DNA of 62,906 bases, counting the filler. It is 9 parts of 9 records of this genome, joined end to end, with 100 filler letters (N's around TTAATTAATTAA, not from the genome) between each part and the next. Parts side by side here need not be neighbours in the genome. Positions count along the whole stretch, not along the records: positions 55,654 to 62,906 come from SRR31147125_190269; 8 more parts are not named here. One strand, given 5' to 3'. The position numbers and the translations under genes were made by a program. Positions 62,463 to 62,906 of the stretch are shown in pieces. The notes beneath the pieces were generated by a model. That model searched no databases. It was not told the DNA's origin and saw only the letters and a list, made by a program, of their open reading frames with translations. How positions within the stretch are numbered: position 1 is the stretch's first letter; each line of letters opens with the position of its first letter.

Positions 62463-62858
62463 TCAGGCAGTGTTGACGGCCGTGACCTGATCGTTGAGGG
62501 TCCAGAAATCATAGAGAATTCCGAGCAGGAACACCCCACCGGTCAACGAGTAGATAATCCCGGAGAGCCACTTGCCCATGTACATGCGGTGGATACCCAG
62601 GAAGCCGAGAAAGGTCAGCAGAACCCATGCAAGGGTATAATCGATGCGACCTGCCTTAAACCTCAAGTCGGCCTCACGGTCCATGGAGGGAATCAGGAAG
62701 AGATCGATCAGCCAGCCGATGCCGAGAAGCCCGAGGGTAAAGAAATAGACCGTACCGGAGATCGGTTTGCCGTAGTAGAAGCGGTGTGAGCCGGTAAAGC
62801 CGAAAATCCATAAAATGTAGCCGACGGACTTGCGATGGGTGTCGTTGCTTTGGATCAT
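62463..62858 (-). CDS. TM2/NINE-domain protein (two TM2 repeats)
   Basis: GYILWIFGFTGSHRFYYGK and LTFLGFLGIHRMYMGK. Confidence 0.92.
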   Translation of the reverse strand: MIQSNDTHRKSVGYILWIFGFTGSHRFYYGKPISGTVYFFTLGLLGIGWLIDLFLIPSMDREADLRFKAGRIDYTLAWVLLTFLGFLGIHRMYMGKWLSGIIYSLTGGVFLLGILYDFWTLNDQVTAVNTA

Positions 62859-62906
62859 GGCGCCTTTCCCTTTTTCTACCTGAATCCGTGGGTTGGGGCC
62901 GGGAAA

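Overview
This window is not one locus. It is nine unrelated contigs joined by eight identical 100-nt artificial spacers (N44-TTAATTAATTAA-N44), and it looks like a metagenome or mixed-culture assembly. (1) 1-5731: intron-rich eukaryotic DNA with a STAND-ATPase/TPR adenylyl-cyclase-like gene and a convergent ATRIP-like gene. (2) 5832-11380: gammaproteobacterial zwf-hexR-pykA, a GGDEF protein and an EamA transporter. (3) 11481-17099: GC-rich bacterial contig with AraC, MarR, a DAG-kinase-family gene, TetR, GNAT and mntP. (4) 17200-26583: Desulfobacterota-like contig with 2-oxoacid:ferredoxin oxidoreductase subunits, AbrB, an orphan sigma54-driven nifV and an expanded Orange-protein (orp)-type cluster with its sigma54 promoter and enhancer sites. 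(5) 26684-32897: Desulfobacterota-like contig with SLOG, HD, receiver, dynamin-like, AlgH and ManC genes. (6) 32998-38752: an internal piece of one giant (>1900 aa) phage/MGE polyvalent protein (DarB-like SF2 helicase, LPD3-like, zincin peptidase, ADP-ribosyltransferase), with modules punctuated by a recurring (A/F)SR(R/K) junction. (7) 38853-49033: PBP1A, REC-GAF-HD-GYP, HMG-CoA lyase, an inverted heptamer-array element and a GT4/methyltransferase cluster. (8) 49134-55553: a complete multi-intron eukaryotic SKI3/TTC37 gene. (9) 55654-62906: RND efflux pair, MBL hydrolase, MFS and TM2 genes. Many genes are split at homopolymer runs in several unrelated contigs, which points to sequencing error rather than biology. 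Taxonomic labels and family assignments come from recognised motifs, not from database searches.
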